DNA of 64,000 nucleotides from Tubiluchus corallicola (lineage: Eukaryota > Animalia > Priapulida): positions 94,591-158,590 of the forward strand of contig JAQGDQ010000490.1 in assembly GCA_030141605.1 (NCBI GenBank), given 5' to 3'. A program made the position numbers and the translations under genes. Under the pieces are notes generated by a model that was given only the letters and a program-made list of their open reading frames with translations, was not told where the DNA came from and did not search any database. Shown piece by piece: positions 41,399 through 52,759 of the stretch; positions within the stretch are counted from its first letter, which is position 1, and each line of letters opens with the position of its first letter.

Positions 41399-42617
41399 CT
41401 AGAACAATGAAAACATTGAGTTATAATTATTAATTGGTCAAAACATTATAGAGTAGCTTCACAGTAAATGCTGCACATGCTAACCTGTGTACAGCATAGA
41501 AAGATAAGAATGCAAACTGCTGTAAATGTCTCTTTTTTGTTAAAAACAACAACAAGCAACCATTTTGATAAAAAATTTCAGCTTGAATAAAGAAAGAGAA
41601 ATCATAATGTAAATTACAACAGTCAAAGCAACTGCTCATCAAACTATAAAACTTGGTGTCCTAATACTACAACAGTTTTCTCTTTCTTGTCAGTAGATGG
41701 CAGCACATACAGTACATCATACATGAACAGCTTATGGCACGGCAGTTGACGCAAGTCGTGATAACAGACAGTTTGATTCTGGCAGGACATTTTACACTTT
41801 CAGAGTTTTTTGCCAGGGTCAAGACGTTTTGGAAAGCTGTGTTTTTTACAGGATTTTTCCTTAAATGAATGCAGAAACTAGGAAATCTTATAAATAGTTT
41901 TCTGCCATGACTTTTAAAGATCTAAACTTTCACTTAAAATAAAATGACATGTGTGCTTGCAAACCTAAACTGCCCATAGGTCGGCATACGTTATGATGCT
42001 TCAAAGTAGAATGTACCAAAAATTTGGTCACATGTCATTTTTTATTTTTTTTTACAAAAAGCAATGCTAAATACATTAGACTTTTATATTCTAGCACCAA
42101 ATTAACAAGAACTGTTCAAAAAGCAATAAAAATTTAATTTTATAACTCCTTACCCACTTTTCTGGCTAGAAACTAGTACTAGAAACTACGCCCCAAAAAA
42201 CTTTCCATGTAAACTTATATTACTTAGCATTTCACTTAACTGCTTGAAACACTTATGTAACTAGAAAAGAAAATTATTAATTATATAGAATGTTTTCACC
42301 AATTGGTAAAATGTCGTTGACTCACCCTCCAGGGTGCACCACTCACTAACCAAAAAACGTATTTTCGTCTTATTGACAAGATACAGTAATTTAAAATCTT
42401 AGTGACATCTGCTTTACAGGGTGGTTGAGTTTGGTAATTTTTAGTTTTTCGCCACCCTTTCGCCAATCACTTGAACATCACTAACTCAGATAATTTACTC
42501 ATTTAACAAACTTGTCACTGATAATTTAGTAATCTTGTTGAGAGGCTAAGACTCTGTCGTGCTGAAGTTATCATGATGTAATGTAAATATGATATTATAT
42601 TATAGTGTTAGTGGAAG

Positions 42618-42682
42618 CAGGGTCGGCCTTAAGCATAGGTAAACTAGGCAACCGACTAGGGCCCCACGCAGGTGCAACATAT

Positions 42683-42758
<76 letters not shown>

Positions 42759-42884
42759 CCTCCCTCCCTCCCTCCCTCCCTCCCTCTCTCTCTCTCTCTC
42801 TCGTAAATTGCATAATTTTATTTTTCTATTTCATTTGGGGCCACCAAATTCGCCTAGGGCCTCCAATTACCTAAGGCTGGCCCG
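42618..42884. mobile_element. hAT-like MITE containing a (CT)n tract
   Basis: cagggtcggcctt ... aaggctggcccg; gtggaag duplicated at the flanks. Confidence 0.7.
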
Positions 42885-43270
42885 GTGGAAGCAAGTAATA
42901 CTATGCTTGAAGTTTATAGTTAATTATAACTGGTGAAGTTAGCCTGCGAGATTTCGCCCACAAGCTTTGCATAAGCCTATCTTTTGTGTGCTTTGTATGT
43001 TAGCCATCAGTGACCATGCAAACTGCTAAATAACCGTTTTTTGGGAAACAGCTGCTCGAGCCTGCATACATCTTGCACTAAGATTTTATTAGTGTATAAA
43101 CTATGCCAGCTGCATCAATGTGTTATAGTTTAACAATATTAAAAGCCAGATGCAAGTACTTGCTTAAAAGATTTAGGTGCATCCATTGCCACCACGGATC
43201 ACTGAACTGCTTTTTCTGTGTTTTGCTGTTTGTTGCTATTTTATAAGTTAACTTATATAATAGTGTAGGC

Positions 43271-43771
43271 CAGGGGTGTGCAAATTATCTGACTAGCCGG
43301 GCCATTTTAAACTTTCCTGCAATTCCTGCGGGCCACAGGCAGTTTGATCAAGAAGCCAAGTACAGAAAGGCCTAATAACGATTTTTTTCCCATCCGACCT
43401 GCTTACATCATTACTACTACACTCAAGAAACTATTTTAGAAGTTATTAAAGTTTGTATTACAAACCATATATTTCTACTTTCAGGACAGATAGTGGTAAT
43501 TTCATAACAATGCATATTAGTAGTATGTATCACACAGTCTGTGTAGTACAGTGACAGTAAGCTATAACCGTCTTGTAAGGGTTAATGGCATCCGATCTAG
43601 TAGAAAAAACTACCCGCACTATCTTTGGGATCGTGGCACGGACTTCAGCTGGATACACTCAATTAATCGCTCGGGCAGCACTTTCATTAGCTTGACAAAT
43701 GTCTTCGCGGGCCGCACAAATTCTCCCGGCGGGCTGCAAGTGGCCCGCGGAAAGCAAATTGCACACCCCTG
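43271..43771. mobile_element. hAT-type MITE family C, copy 1
   Basis: TIR caggggtgtgcaa / ttgcacacccctg; perfect 8-bp TSD GTGTAGGC. Second copy at 61317-61775. Confidence 0.92.
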
Positions 43772-44177
43772 GTGTAGGCTTTTTAGCACATTTTGTGGAG
43801 GTCTATTATTGGTCATAAGCTGCTTAATCTTTTTTTATACAGTTTGTAAAATATATTGTCTTATCAGTCCTAATACCCTCATACTAAATTATGTTTTTGT
43901 TATATGTCCTGTATTTAGTGTAAAAGGTGATAAATAAAATGACTGACTTACTTACTTACAAGGGTACAAAGGTCACAGTTAGTTGTTTGTACAAGGCGAG
44001 GCAGCGTTGACGTGACTGTATAAAATTATGACGGTATGTTTACTTTTATTGTTTGTAGAACATAAAACTGATAAAAACAGCAAAGTTTAAAATACTTCAT
44101 CTCGTCTGTAGTTACGCCAGCCATTTAAACAAGTTCTCGATCAGCAGAGAGGTCAGAAAATTTCATTAGCAAAAGAA

Positions 44178-45278
44178 ATGGCAACTTCATTTGACGAGCC
44201 GCAAACTCCAGCTGAAAAGGTTGATGCGATGGACAACTGGAACGAGAGATATGATTATGTTTTTGGTAACGAAGATTTCCAGGAATTATGTGATGTAACT
44301 TTTTCAGTTGGTGAAATCATCATCAACGCTAGTCGGTACGTACTTGCACTCAGAAGTGACGTTTTTAAGAGGATGCTGTTTGGGCCACTGTGTCATAAAC
44401 CTGGTGATGTCATACAGATAACCGATGTTGAACCTGACGTGTTCCTGCTGCTTTTGAGGTTCATTTATACTGATAAAGCTGAATTAACTGGTGATAATGT
44501 TATGTCGGTACTTTACTTGGCTAGAAAGTACAACATTCGTGAACTTGGAAAATTGGTTGCTGATTTCCTTACGTCTGAAATCACAACTGATAATGTCTGC
44601 ACCATCCTGACAGCTGCTTGTTTCTATGAAATGCGAGATGTAGAGATGAACTGTTTGGAGGTCATTAGTGTCAAAACAGAAGCAGTTATAGAGTCCAACA
44701 GTTTTACTTCTTTGAGTTACGATAGCTTATTGAGGATTGTCAAACTTGATGAACTGATAATAAGTGAAGAGGGGAAACTATTTAATGCAGTTTTAAGATG
44801 GGCTGATGCTGAATGTAAGCGAAAGAAACTAGAGCAAAATGTGTTCAACAAGAGAACAGTCTTGGGCGACATCTTGTTTCAAATCAGATTTCCCACAATG
44901 GATCCAGATTTATTCATCAAAGGACCAGTAGCAACTGGAATATTAAGTGACAAGGAGCAACTGAATGTTTTAATCAATCATCATCAAACAGAGACATCAG
45001 AATCAATATTTCCAAAAACTCAGAGAAACTACGGCGCAGAAGTTGTGTCAGCCATGTGTGCTGAACCTGTTAAGAAAATCGACAATTTAGGAATAGGACA
45101 ATGGGCAGCTCCTGTATCAGAAAAGTTAGCATTTATTGGTGATGCTACAAGGTTTGTCATTCGTCTTTTCAGATGTAACGATAGAAACTGCTTCAATGCT
45201 GGAGATAACCGTGGTGAAGGCTGTTGCTTGAATTTACAAGTTGTTCCCTCTTGGTCTTCTACTTTTCGTAGCGTGTGA
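44178..45278 (+). CDS. BTB/POZ-BACK protein (BTBD2/3/6-like N-terminus) with probable MATH domain; reading frame continues past an in-frame TGA to 45464
   Basis: BTB motifs LCDVTFSVG..RYVLALRSDVFKRML..DVEPDVFLLLLRFIYTD. BACK motifs EGKLFNAVLRWA..QIRFPTM. No intron in the CDS; nested antisense in SFXN5 intron 7. Confidence 0.88.
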   Translation: MATSFDEPQTPAEKVDAMDNWNERYDYVFGNEDFQELCDVTFSVGEIIINASRYVLALRSDVFKRMLFGPLCHKPGDVIQITDVEPDVFLLLLRFIYTDKAELTGDNVMSVLYLARKYNIRELGKLVADFLTSEITTDNVCTILTAACFYEMRDVEMNCLEVISVKTEAVIESNSFTSLSYDSLLRIVKLDELIISEEGKLFNAVLRWADAECKRKKLEQNVFNKRTVLGDILFQIRFPTMDPDLFIKGPVATGILSDKEQLNVLINHHQTETSESIFPKTQRNYGAEVVSAMCAEPVKKIDNLGIGQWAAPVSEKLAFIGDATRFVIRLFRCNDRNCFNAGDNRGEGCCLNLQVVPSWSSTFRSV

Positions 45279-45589
45279 AAGAACAGTTACATTGAAGTGA
45301 AAAACAATAATCCACAAAGGTCACTCAAAACTGTCCTAGATGAAGATACAAAGGATTGGAGGGCAAGAAATATTGCACAGTTTAGCACCGTCATGAACCC
45401 TGCTTCCGGGTTTATTAATAATGGAAAAATTCGCGTAAAAGTTCTGATGCTGTTTAGAAAATGAATTGAAAGGAAAATCATTTCTTGAAATTGATGCTTT
45501 CACGATTACGATTGATTGTTTATAGGCCAATAAATTTTTACACCCCATACGTTGCCGCCCATTTTGAAGTAAGTCGATTTGTCATGATT

Positions 45590-45720
45590 GATTATGATCA
45601 GCATAACATCAATATTTCCAAAAACGCAGAGAAACTATGCAGAAGTTGTGTCAGTCATGTCACTCATGTGTGCTGAACCTGTTGAGAAAATTGATTATTT
45701 AGAAATAAGAATAGGAATCA
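45590..45720 (+). pseudogene. Degenerate partial duplication of BTB gene coding sequence (~44980-45100)
   Basis: SIFPKTQRNY.AEVVS..MCAEPV.KID.L is repeated with indels. Confidence 0.8.
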
Positions 45721-46151
45721 TATTAATAATGATAATAATAATTGATCAGATTCGTTATGATCATTGTAACAATGCCACATGCAAGCTGTATTGTATGATT
45801 TGGTCAGCATTTTCACATTTGCATAAGAATTGTACCTGTCTCAAGTGCTGAACCTATTGAAACAATTATAATGGCAATTGTTAATACTTGTCACCATCTC
45901 GTCGTGTTGGAGCTCATTTCTTCCATGACTCACAGTCCCAGGCCACGACTACGGAATGACAGTAGAAGCGATTAGCAAGGGACAATAATGTCGATATTGT
46001 GAAAGCACATGAAGAGGTTTTTAACATACGAACTTTTCGTGAGCGTGATGGCCTAATTTTAACAATGGCTTGTTAGTTAATCCAGTTCCCTGAGTTATAT
46101 TATAGAGCTTATGTAATAACGAAGTTAGCTTACTGCAAACACAGTATTATG

Positions 46152-46534
46152 GTAGCCAACCTACTCGTGTATGAGGGAGATGTTGAGTAGCCAACCTACT
46201 CGCATGTGAGTGATTGTTGAGTAGCCAACCTACTCGTGTGTCAGTGAGATGTTGAGTAGCCAACCTACTCGCATGTGAGTGAGATGTTGAGTAGCCAACC
46301 TACTCATGTGTGAGTGAGTTGTTGAGTAGCCAACCTACTCGTGTGTGAGTGAGATGTTGAGTAGCCAACCTACTCGTGTGTGAGTGAGATGTTGAGTAGT
46401 CAACCTACTCATGTGTGAGTGAGATGTTGAGTAGCCAACCTACTCGCGTGTGAGTGAGATGTTGAGTGGCCAACCTACTCATGTGTGAGTGAGTTGTTGA
46501 GTAGCCAACCCACTCGTGTGTGAGTGAGATGTTG
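46152..46534. repeat. 35-bp minisatellite x~11 with an internal hairpin
   Basis: Unit gtgagatgttGAGTAGccaacCTACTCgtgtgtga. Confidence 0.93.
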
Positions 46535-46693
46535 ATATAAAACAGTTGGCGTATCTTCCCGTGCGCATCGAGCACGTTTGCGTGAGTGTTACTGCCTAAA
46601 CGCATGATGTCACGAAAATGGGCTCTACGTCATATAACGTCAGAAACGAACAGACAGTTCATACAGTCGTAACAGAAACAAAGCAATACTCAC

Positions 46694-46759
46694 AGCAATG
46701 CTTACGGCACTGGTAACCGCACCCGTGTATCCTAGTAAGAATCTACTCGTGGGCGTTGG
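46694..46759 (-). CDS. SFXN5: Sideroflexin-5 exon 7
   Basis: PTPTSRFLLGYTGAVTSAVSIA; ttttcag / gtgagt. Confidence 0.95.
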
Positions 46760-47049
46760 CTGAAAACAAACAAAAATATGATGCAAACAGCAAATAATAT
46801 GGAGAGAGTAACGACGCACAAAATTTTAGATTTAAGAAGGCTGAAACCATTTTTGCATTAAACCATTTCTGAATCTGAAAATCAACACTGGATGGCAGCA
46901 GCTGGCAAACGTACTACAGAATTCTTTCAAAAGCTAAGTGCCTCTGTCATATATCATGCATTAGAAAAGCAGATTTAGTGACATCTTGTGTGGAAAAACA
47001 AACAGACAATCAAGAAATTCTGCAATAATCCATAGATAAGGATCATATA

Positions 47050-47499
47050 CAGGGGCGGCTGGTAGCTAAAATAAGTGGGGGTGCTGCTTCAGAAAATTTT
47101 TAACGATTGTTTTAATACTATGCAAAATGAAACAAACGTATGTAATTTTAGTGCGGTATTTGTAATTGTAATTTTAAACAAACGAACATACAGAAATTTA
47201 TACATAAAATTGGTAAAATCATAAAAAATTGTTTGCTTACAAATAGCCTAAATTGCCGCAGTTCAAGAATATGTAGGTACAGGTTTTTAAGCACGTGACA
47301 ACTGACAATCTGTGTATGTGACAATACTTTCTTCTACGTAGCAGCAGACGTTAGCAGAGCAGCGTACATCGTGTTATCTCAGACACCTGTGCATTGCTGC
47401 ATGCGCACAACGCCCAACACACCACTGTGCTGGGTTGTGAAGCAAACAGTACTACCCTCACGTGCTCTGGTACACAAAGAACTAAAGAAAAAAGACTTA
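47050..47499. mobile_element. hAT-like MITE family E, copy interrupted by a pogo-like MITE
   Basis: Inverse homology to 60710-61168. Confidence 0.7.
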
Positions 47500-47954
47500 C
47501 CGTATTTTCCCGTGTATAAGAGACCCTTGTGTATAAGAGACCCCTTCAATTTTTAGGCAAAAATTCTGGAAAAAAGTTTTTTCAGACGGACATTTTTAGA
47601 GGGTAGAGTACAACTTTTTTCAACTCAGTGCGGTACTGAAAACAAAATAAAACCAGTTAATGTGTTGTAGAAAAAGAGTACTGGTATATATTAAAGTGCG
47701 TACCTGCAAACCTGTAACAGGAAAAGAGAAAACGAGGAGATAATGCCTGTGTCACGATGCTTGTATTGCTTACAACCGCTTCATAGTCGAACGCGACACG
47801 CAAAACAGTTGTAGAGCACTTATTTCTTTAAAATCATTAGTGTCACAATTTATGCATCTTATTGAAAAGACTTACTCCCATGTATAAGAGACCCCCTATT
47901 TTTAAAGTGAAAATTCTGAGCAAAAAAGGGTCTCTTATACACGGGAAAATACGG
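47500..47954. mobile_element. Tc1/mariner (pogo/Tigger-like) MITE
   Basis: Perfect 27-bp TIR ccgtattttcccgtgtataagagaccc; TA TSD. Confidence 0.92.
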
Positions 47955-48010
47955 TATTACAGTAAGCGCCCTCAAATGAGGCAAGTAGGCGGTAGGCAAA
48001 TGAGTTTCAC

Positions 48011-48121
48011 CTTGGTAGCGTTTCTGTTAGCATAGTTTACGCACGCGTTGTGACTCTGATTCAACCATTGCCAAAAAACGGTCTGCAGTAGAGTGGGGTT
48101 TGGCAGTAGAAGTCCCACCAC
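48011..48121 (-). CDS. SFXN5: Sideroflexin-5 exon 6
   Basis: [37 protein letters not shown], the sideroflexin core motif. Confidence 0.97.
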
Positions 48122-48496
48122 CTGCGAAAGAAATCATAGAAGATCATTCAACATTCAATTTCAACATTTAAAAGACGTGACGTCCTGACATTCGATCATT
48201 CAACATTCAATTTCAACATTTACAAGATGTGACATCCAGACATTCGAAAATCCTAACTTCTTACGTGTTGGGAAAGCAAGGACTGAGGACAGTCAAAAAC
48301 AATGTCTGTGCCCCAGCTGTGATAATTAGGAGTACTGTCAGAACAAGGTACAGCCAAATGTGCCATAAATTATTAGTAATTAAGGATTTTATGAATAAAA
48401 AGGGCATTTGGCTATGCCTACTAATGGTGCCATCAAGATTATTTACGTCAATTAAGGATGCTTTCATGGTAAGCACTGCATACCACATATGTCAAG

Positions 48497-49235
48497 CGTG
48501 TTGTCATAATAAGTTATACTATTAATGGTGCTGTCATAGTAAGCTAAGCTAAAACGGGCATTGTCATAGGGAGCTATGCTACTAAGGGTGTTGTCATAGA
48601 AAGTTATGCTATTAAGTGTGTTGTTATAGAAAGCTATGCCATCAAGGGTGTTGTCATAGAAAGCTATGCTATTAATGGTGCTGTCATAGAAAGTGATGCT
48701 ATAAAGGGTGTTGTCATAGAGAGCTATGCTATTAAGGGTGTTGTCATAGAAAGCTATGCTACTAAGGACGTTGTCATAGAAAGCTATGCTATTAATGGTG
48801 CTATCATAGTAAGCGATGCTATAAAGGGTGTTGTCATAGAGAGCTATGCTATTAAGGGTGTTGTCATAGAAAGCTATGCTACTAAGGACGTTGTCATAGA
48901 AAGCTATGCTATTAATGGTGCTATCATAGTAAGCGATGCTATAAAGGGTGTTGTCATAGAGAGCTATGCTATTAAGGGTGTTGTCATAGAAAGCTATGCT
49001 ACTAAGGGTGTTGTCATAGAAAGCTATGCTATTAAGGGTGTTGTCATAGAAAACTATGCTATTAAAGATGCTGTCATAGTAAGTTATGCTATTAATGATG
49101 TTGTTATAATAAGCTGTGGCTATTAAGGGTGTTATCATGGCAAGCTATGTTACTAAGGGTGTCATCATGGCAAGGTATGACTTTTAAGGTGTTATCCTTG
49201 CATTTTATGCTATTAAAGTTGTTGTCACAGTAAGG
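48497..49235. repeat. 30-bp minisatellite (~24 units, with a 120-bp higher-order repeat) in SFXN5 intron 5
   Basis: Unit aagggtgttgtcatagaaagctatgctatt. Confidence 0.93.
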
Positions 49236-49422
49236 TTGGAACATTAACAGGGCTGTCATGGTAGTTGTACATGGTAAAGATACTAGTATTATAAGTGCTA
49301 AGGTATGCAATTTGAATTTGAACGAGAAACATCTCTTTTGATAGCGAAAGCAATTACAAAAGTAAAATGAGAAACGAAAAAATGAAAGGTGAAAAAGAAA
49401 TATAAAGGTATCTTCAACTTAC

Positions 49423-49448
49423 TATAGGTGAGCCAAACGGAACAAAAC
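49423..49448 (-). CDS. SFXN5: Sideroflexin-5 exon 5 (26-nt microexon)
   Basis: (G)FVPFGSPI; tttttgtttcag / gtaagt. Restores frame between exons 4 and 6. Confidence 0.92.
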
Positions 49449-49544
49449 CTGAAACAAAAAGAAAAAGAGAGTCATGCATTGTTTTCAACTTCACAATTTT
49501 TCACATATCAAAAACATAGGCAATTCTAAAAAACCAATGTGCAA

Positions 49545-49975
49545 CAGGGGCGGAACTAGGGGGGAGCGAAGGGGGGGCTGTCAAAATTTGCGCCCCCCCC
49601 CCTGCAAAATCTGACAAATAATTTTTTTGCAATGAAAATTGCAGTTCGCATGTAATCATTTTCAATATGAATTAGAATTAGGTAAAAAAATGTTTGGTAG
49701 ATTCAGTGTATTATTTTCTTAAAACTTGTGTGATAAATTCCTGTAAATAACAATTTAGTTAGCGGCACATTAATAGCGTCAGGTTAACTGAGAGTTAATT
49801 TTCCTCATTATTGCTCTGTCCGCTACGCCGTCCTACACACATGCTAATTATATGCCTGCATGCAGTATAAAAGGGGTTAAAAATTGGCCTAACCATTATT
49901 TAACCACTTCGGATACCTCGTCCTCGCAGAAAATTTTTGCGCGCCCCCTGCTTGCCACATCTAGTTCCGGCCCTG
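49545..49975. mobile_element. hAT-type MITE
   Basis: TIR caggggcggaactag / ctagttccggccctg; perfect 8-bp TSD ATGTGCAA. Confidence 0.92.
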
Positions 49976-50029
49976 ATGTGCAACATGGTTATGTACCTGT
50001 CAAGTTCACGAAGTATTTAATGCACTTAC

Positions 50030-50084
50030 CCGACATTCGAAACGGCATGAATATCTTTTCTCCCGTGTCTGGATGTATGATTGC
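50030..50084 (-). CDS. SFXN5: Sideroflexin-5 exon 4
   Basis: AIIHPDTGEKIFMPFRMS(G), containing the HPDT motif. Confidence 0.97.
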
Positions 50085-50839
50085 CTAAAAAAGCACCAAA
50101 ATATAGTTTTTGAAACAAGGCATAATACAGAAACATGCGACGTATAAACAGATCCAGTCATACCTCCGTTGTCGAGTGTCTCCGTATTTGTACCAATCGG
50201 TTTTCGACCAGAAAATTAGAGTTGAAATTGTCTCCATACTCGACCTGAATTTCGGTACTCGACCAACCGCCAAACACGTGATGAACACATGCGCGGCGAG
50301 CCGAGTAGAGCCGAGCATAACTGACCGCACCCGAGAGTAGTCACGCACAAGATTTGAATGGCCTAATATGGCTAACTGCTTTCTACGCTTATTTTTATCC
50401 ACTTGCAGGAACAATTATGTTTTTCTATCTAAGTAATTCTATTATGTTTTTCTTATCAATTATATCGTATCTACTATTTGAATAAACATTTTGCATTATT
50501 ACATTTCATTTTAATAATACTTTACAGTTCATTTAGTGCTTGAGAATGGATTATTTGCTTTTACATTATTTCTTATGGGAATAAATGATTCAATTCTCAA
50601 CCAAATCAGTTTTCAAACACTTTTTATTAGTGTTTATATGATTGAACATGTATGATTGAATTATGATTGAAAACAGAGGTACTACTGCAATTTACTAACA
50701 TACAACCAGTTTATATAGGCAGAGCATATTATGCACTAATTAAGTAATTAACAGAAGCCAAATAGATAATGAATAAGCAGACCAGTAAAGAAACATATAC
50801 ATTAATTGGACCAGCCTATATAAACTGTTTGTATGTTTG

Positions 50840-50948
50840 TAAAATTTATCACTGATGATGACAGAGCTGCTAGTCGAAACGTTTCGCATGATTTTAACTT
50901 TTTAACTCTATAAAGTAAAGTTTTAATAAAGTTGTGTTGTTTCAACTA
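50840..50948 (+). ncRNA. Penelope-like repeat unit with candidate minimal hammerhead ribozyme
   Basis: ctgatga-t-gac agagctgcta gtc-gaaacgtttc; homologous to the 92-bp unit at 4312-4403. Confidence 0.45.
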
Positions 50949-51023
50949 GAAATTTTAATGCTGCAAATATTATTGGTAAATATAAAATTTCGAACATTTG
51001 CATCGAAGTACACCATGACCCAC

Positions 51024-51128
51024 CGTTTTGACTTTCTGAGCTTGCCATAGTTGCGCATCGCTGACACCAGGTGGCAAATTTCCGCTTTTGTACTCGTCCA
51101 GCAGCAGAATGGCGTTTCGCAACTGTTG
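51024..51128 (-). CDS. SFXN5: Sideroflexin-5 exon 3
   Basis: QQLRNAILLLDEYKSGNLPPGVSDAQLWQAQKVKT. Confidence 0.95.
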
Positions 51129-51324
51129 CTAAAAATGTTGAAAGAAGAGAAATTGCAAAAGTGCAAAAGATGATTACGAATGAAGAACATTTACAACATC
51201 CGGGGGGGGGGGAGTTTACATCGTGAAGTTTATGAATAACTAGGTAACTAGATAATGCACCTACAGGCATAATAATAATAATAATAACAATAATAATAAT
51301 TAACAATAACAACAACAACAATAA

Positions 51325-51355
<31 letters not shown>

Positions 51356-51388
51356 AGTAATAATAATAACAATAATAACAATAATTAT

Positions 51389-51437
<49 letters not shown>

Positions 51438-51680
51438 GTGTCAAATTCTATTTACAAGCTATTACAAATACAGATTAAAACAAATTATTACAAATTCCCT
51501 GTAATTCATTTCTAAATGGAAGGCTTAATCGTACTGTTATAAACTACAGACTGCAACAGTACTTGTGTTACTATAAACGTCTTTTGCACTATAAACACAG
51601 ATTTATAGTTATAGAAGTATAAACCATGCTAAATAAACAACGCAATGTGAAATATGCAGGTATTTAAGTCACCTTGAATT

Positions 51681-51713
<33 letters not shown>

Positions 51714-51918
51714 CGATTGTTTCTACATTGTATTTAGTAGGCCTATTAATATTTCTCTAAAGATAGGGATAATTCTTCCTATGCTCCAAATGTCCAGAGA
51801 AGCGATTCCAATTCAGCTCAATTCAATTTTATTTATTAGTTTTTCAAAATATGAGGAAATGCAAAAATTAAAACGTAAGATAATTTTTAGAAGCTGTAAC
51901 GTGTAATCTCATACCTAC

Positions 51919-51987
51919 TTTTGTCGTAAACAGCGTCCTAGGATCAATGACATTCAGAAAATGTCGATACCGTCCCAAAAATGTGCT
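51919..51987 (-). CDS. SFXN5: Sideroflexin-5 exon 2
   Basis: STFLGRYRHFLNVIDPRTLFTTK. Confidence 0.96.
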
Positions 51988-52294
51988 CTGGAATAAAACA
52001 GCAAAAAATGTTATGCGGTTAAAGTTGACTTCGTCCTAAGAGAATAATGAACCTGCCTGTAGATGGCAGTGCAGTCGATAAACACCAATGGCAGACCTTG
52101 CTGTTTACAACGGCACACTGGTGCTACCCAGTAGAAACTTTTCACCAAATTCCGTAGAATTAAATGCCACGCATGCGCAGAGATAGATTACTAGACTTCA
52201 GCAAAACTGAGACTAAGAGTGGACACCCCCCCCTCTCTCTCCCTCTCTCTCTCTCTCTTTCTCTCTCTCTCCCTCTCTCTCTTTCTCTCTCCCT

Positions 52295-52383
<89 letters not shown>

Positions 52384-52759
52384 CCTCCCTCTCTCGCTCT
52401 CTCACTCACTCTTGCCCTCTCACTCTTGCTCTCTCTCTCTCCCTCCCTCCCTCTCTCTCTCACTCACTCACTCTTGCTCTCTCTCTCCTCTCTCTCTCTC
52501 TCCCTCTCTATTGTACAGTAGAAGGAGTCAAAACTTGATTTTTAAAAGGGCTTAATTACTGAACTTATTAAAATTAATTAGAAACAGGTTCTTGCTGTAT
52601 GTCATTTACAATGAATTAGCTGATGTTACAAAATTTGGTTTTCCTCGTGTCAGCAGAAATTTGAGCAATAATGTTAGAACTTTTGACTAAAAAACTTGAA
52701 AATCAGTAAGATACACAAAGAAACCAGTTCTCAAAATATTGTACAAAATGTTTGTTTAA

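Noticed and set aside
43551-43937. 128-aa ORF
   Set aside because: Lies mostly within hAT MITE family C and has no transposase motifs.
45276-45900. Selenoprotein call for the BTB gene
   Set aside because: No recognisable SECIS by eye and no redox motif around the TGA; kept only as a minor alternative.
46152-46534. CRISPR-like palindromic repeats
   Set aside because: No spacers; an ordinary tandem minisatellite.
48464-49138. 224-aa decapeptide-repeat ORF (SIAFYDNTLN), resembling a beta-solenoid
   Set aside because: A 30-bp minisatellite is trivially open in one frame; it is intronic with no unique flanking domain. Cannot be fully excluded without expression data.
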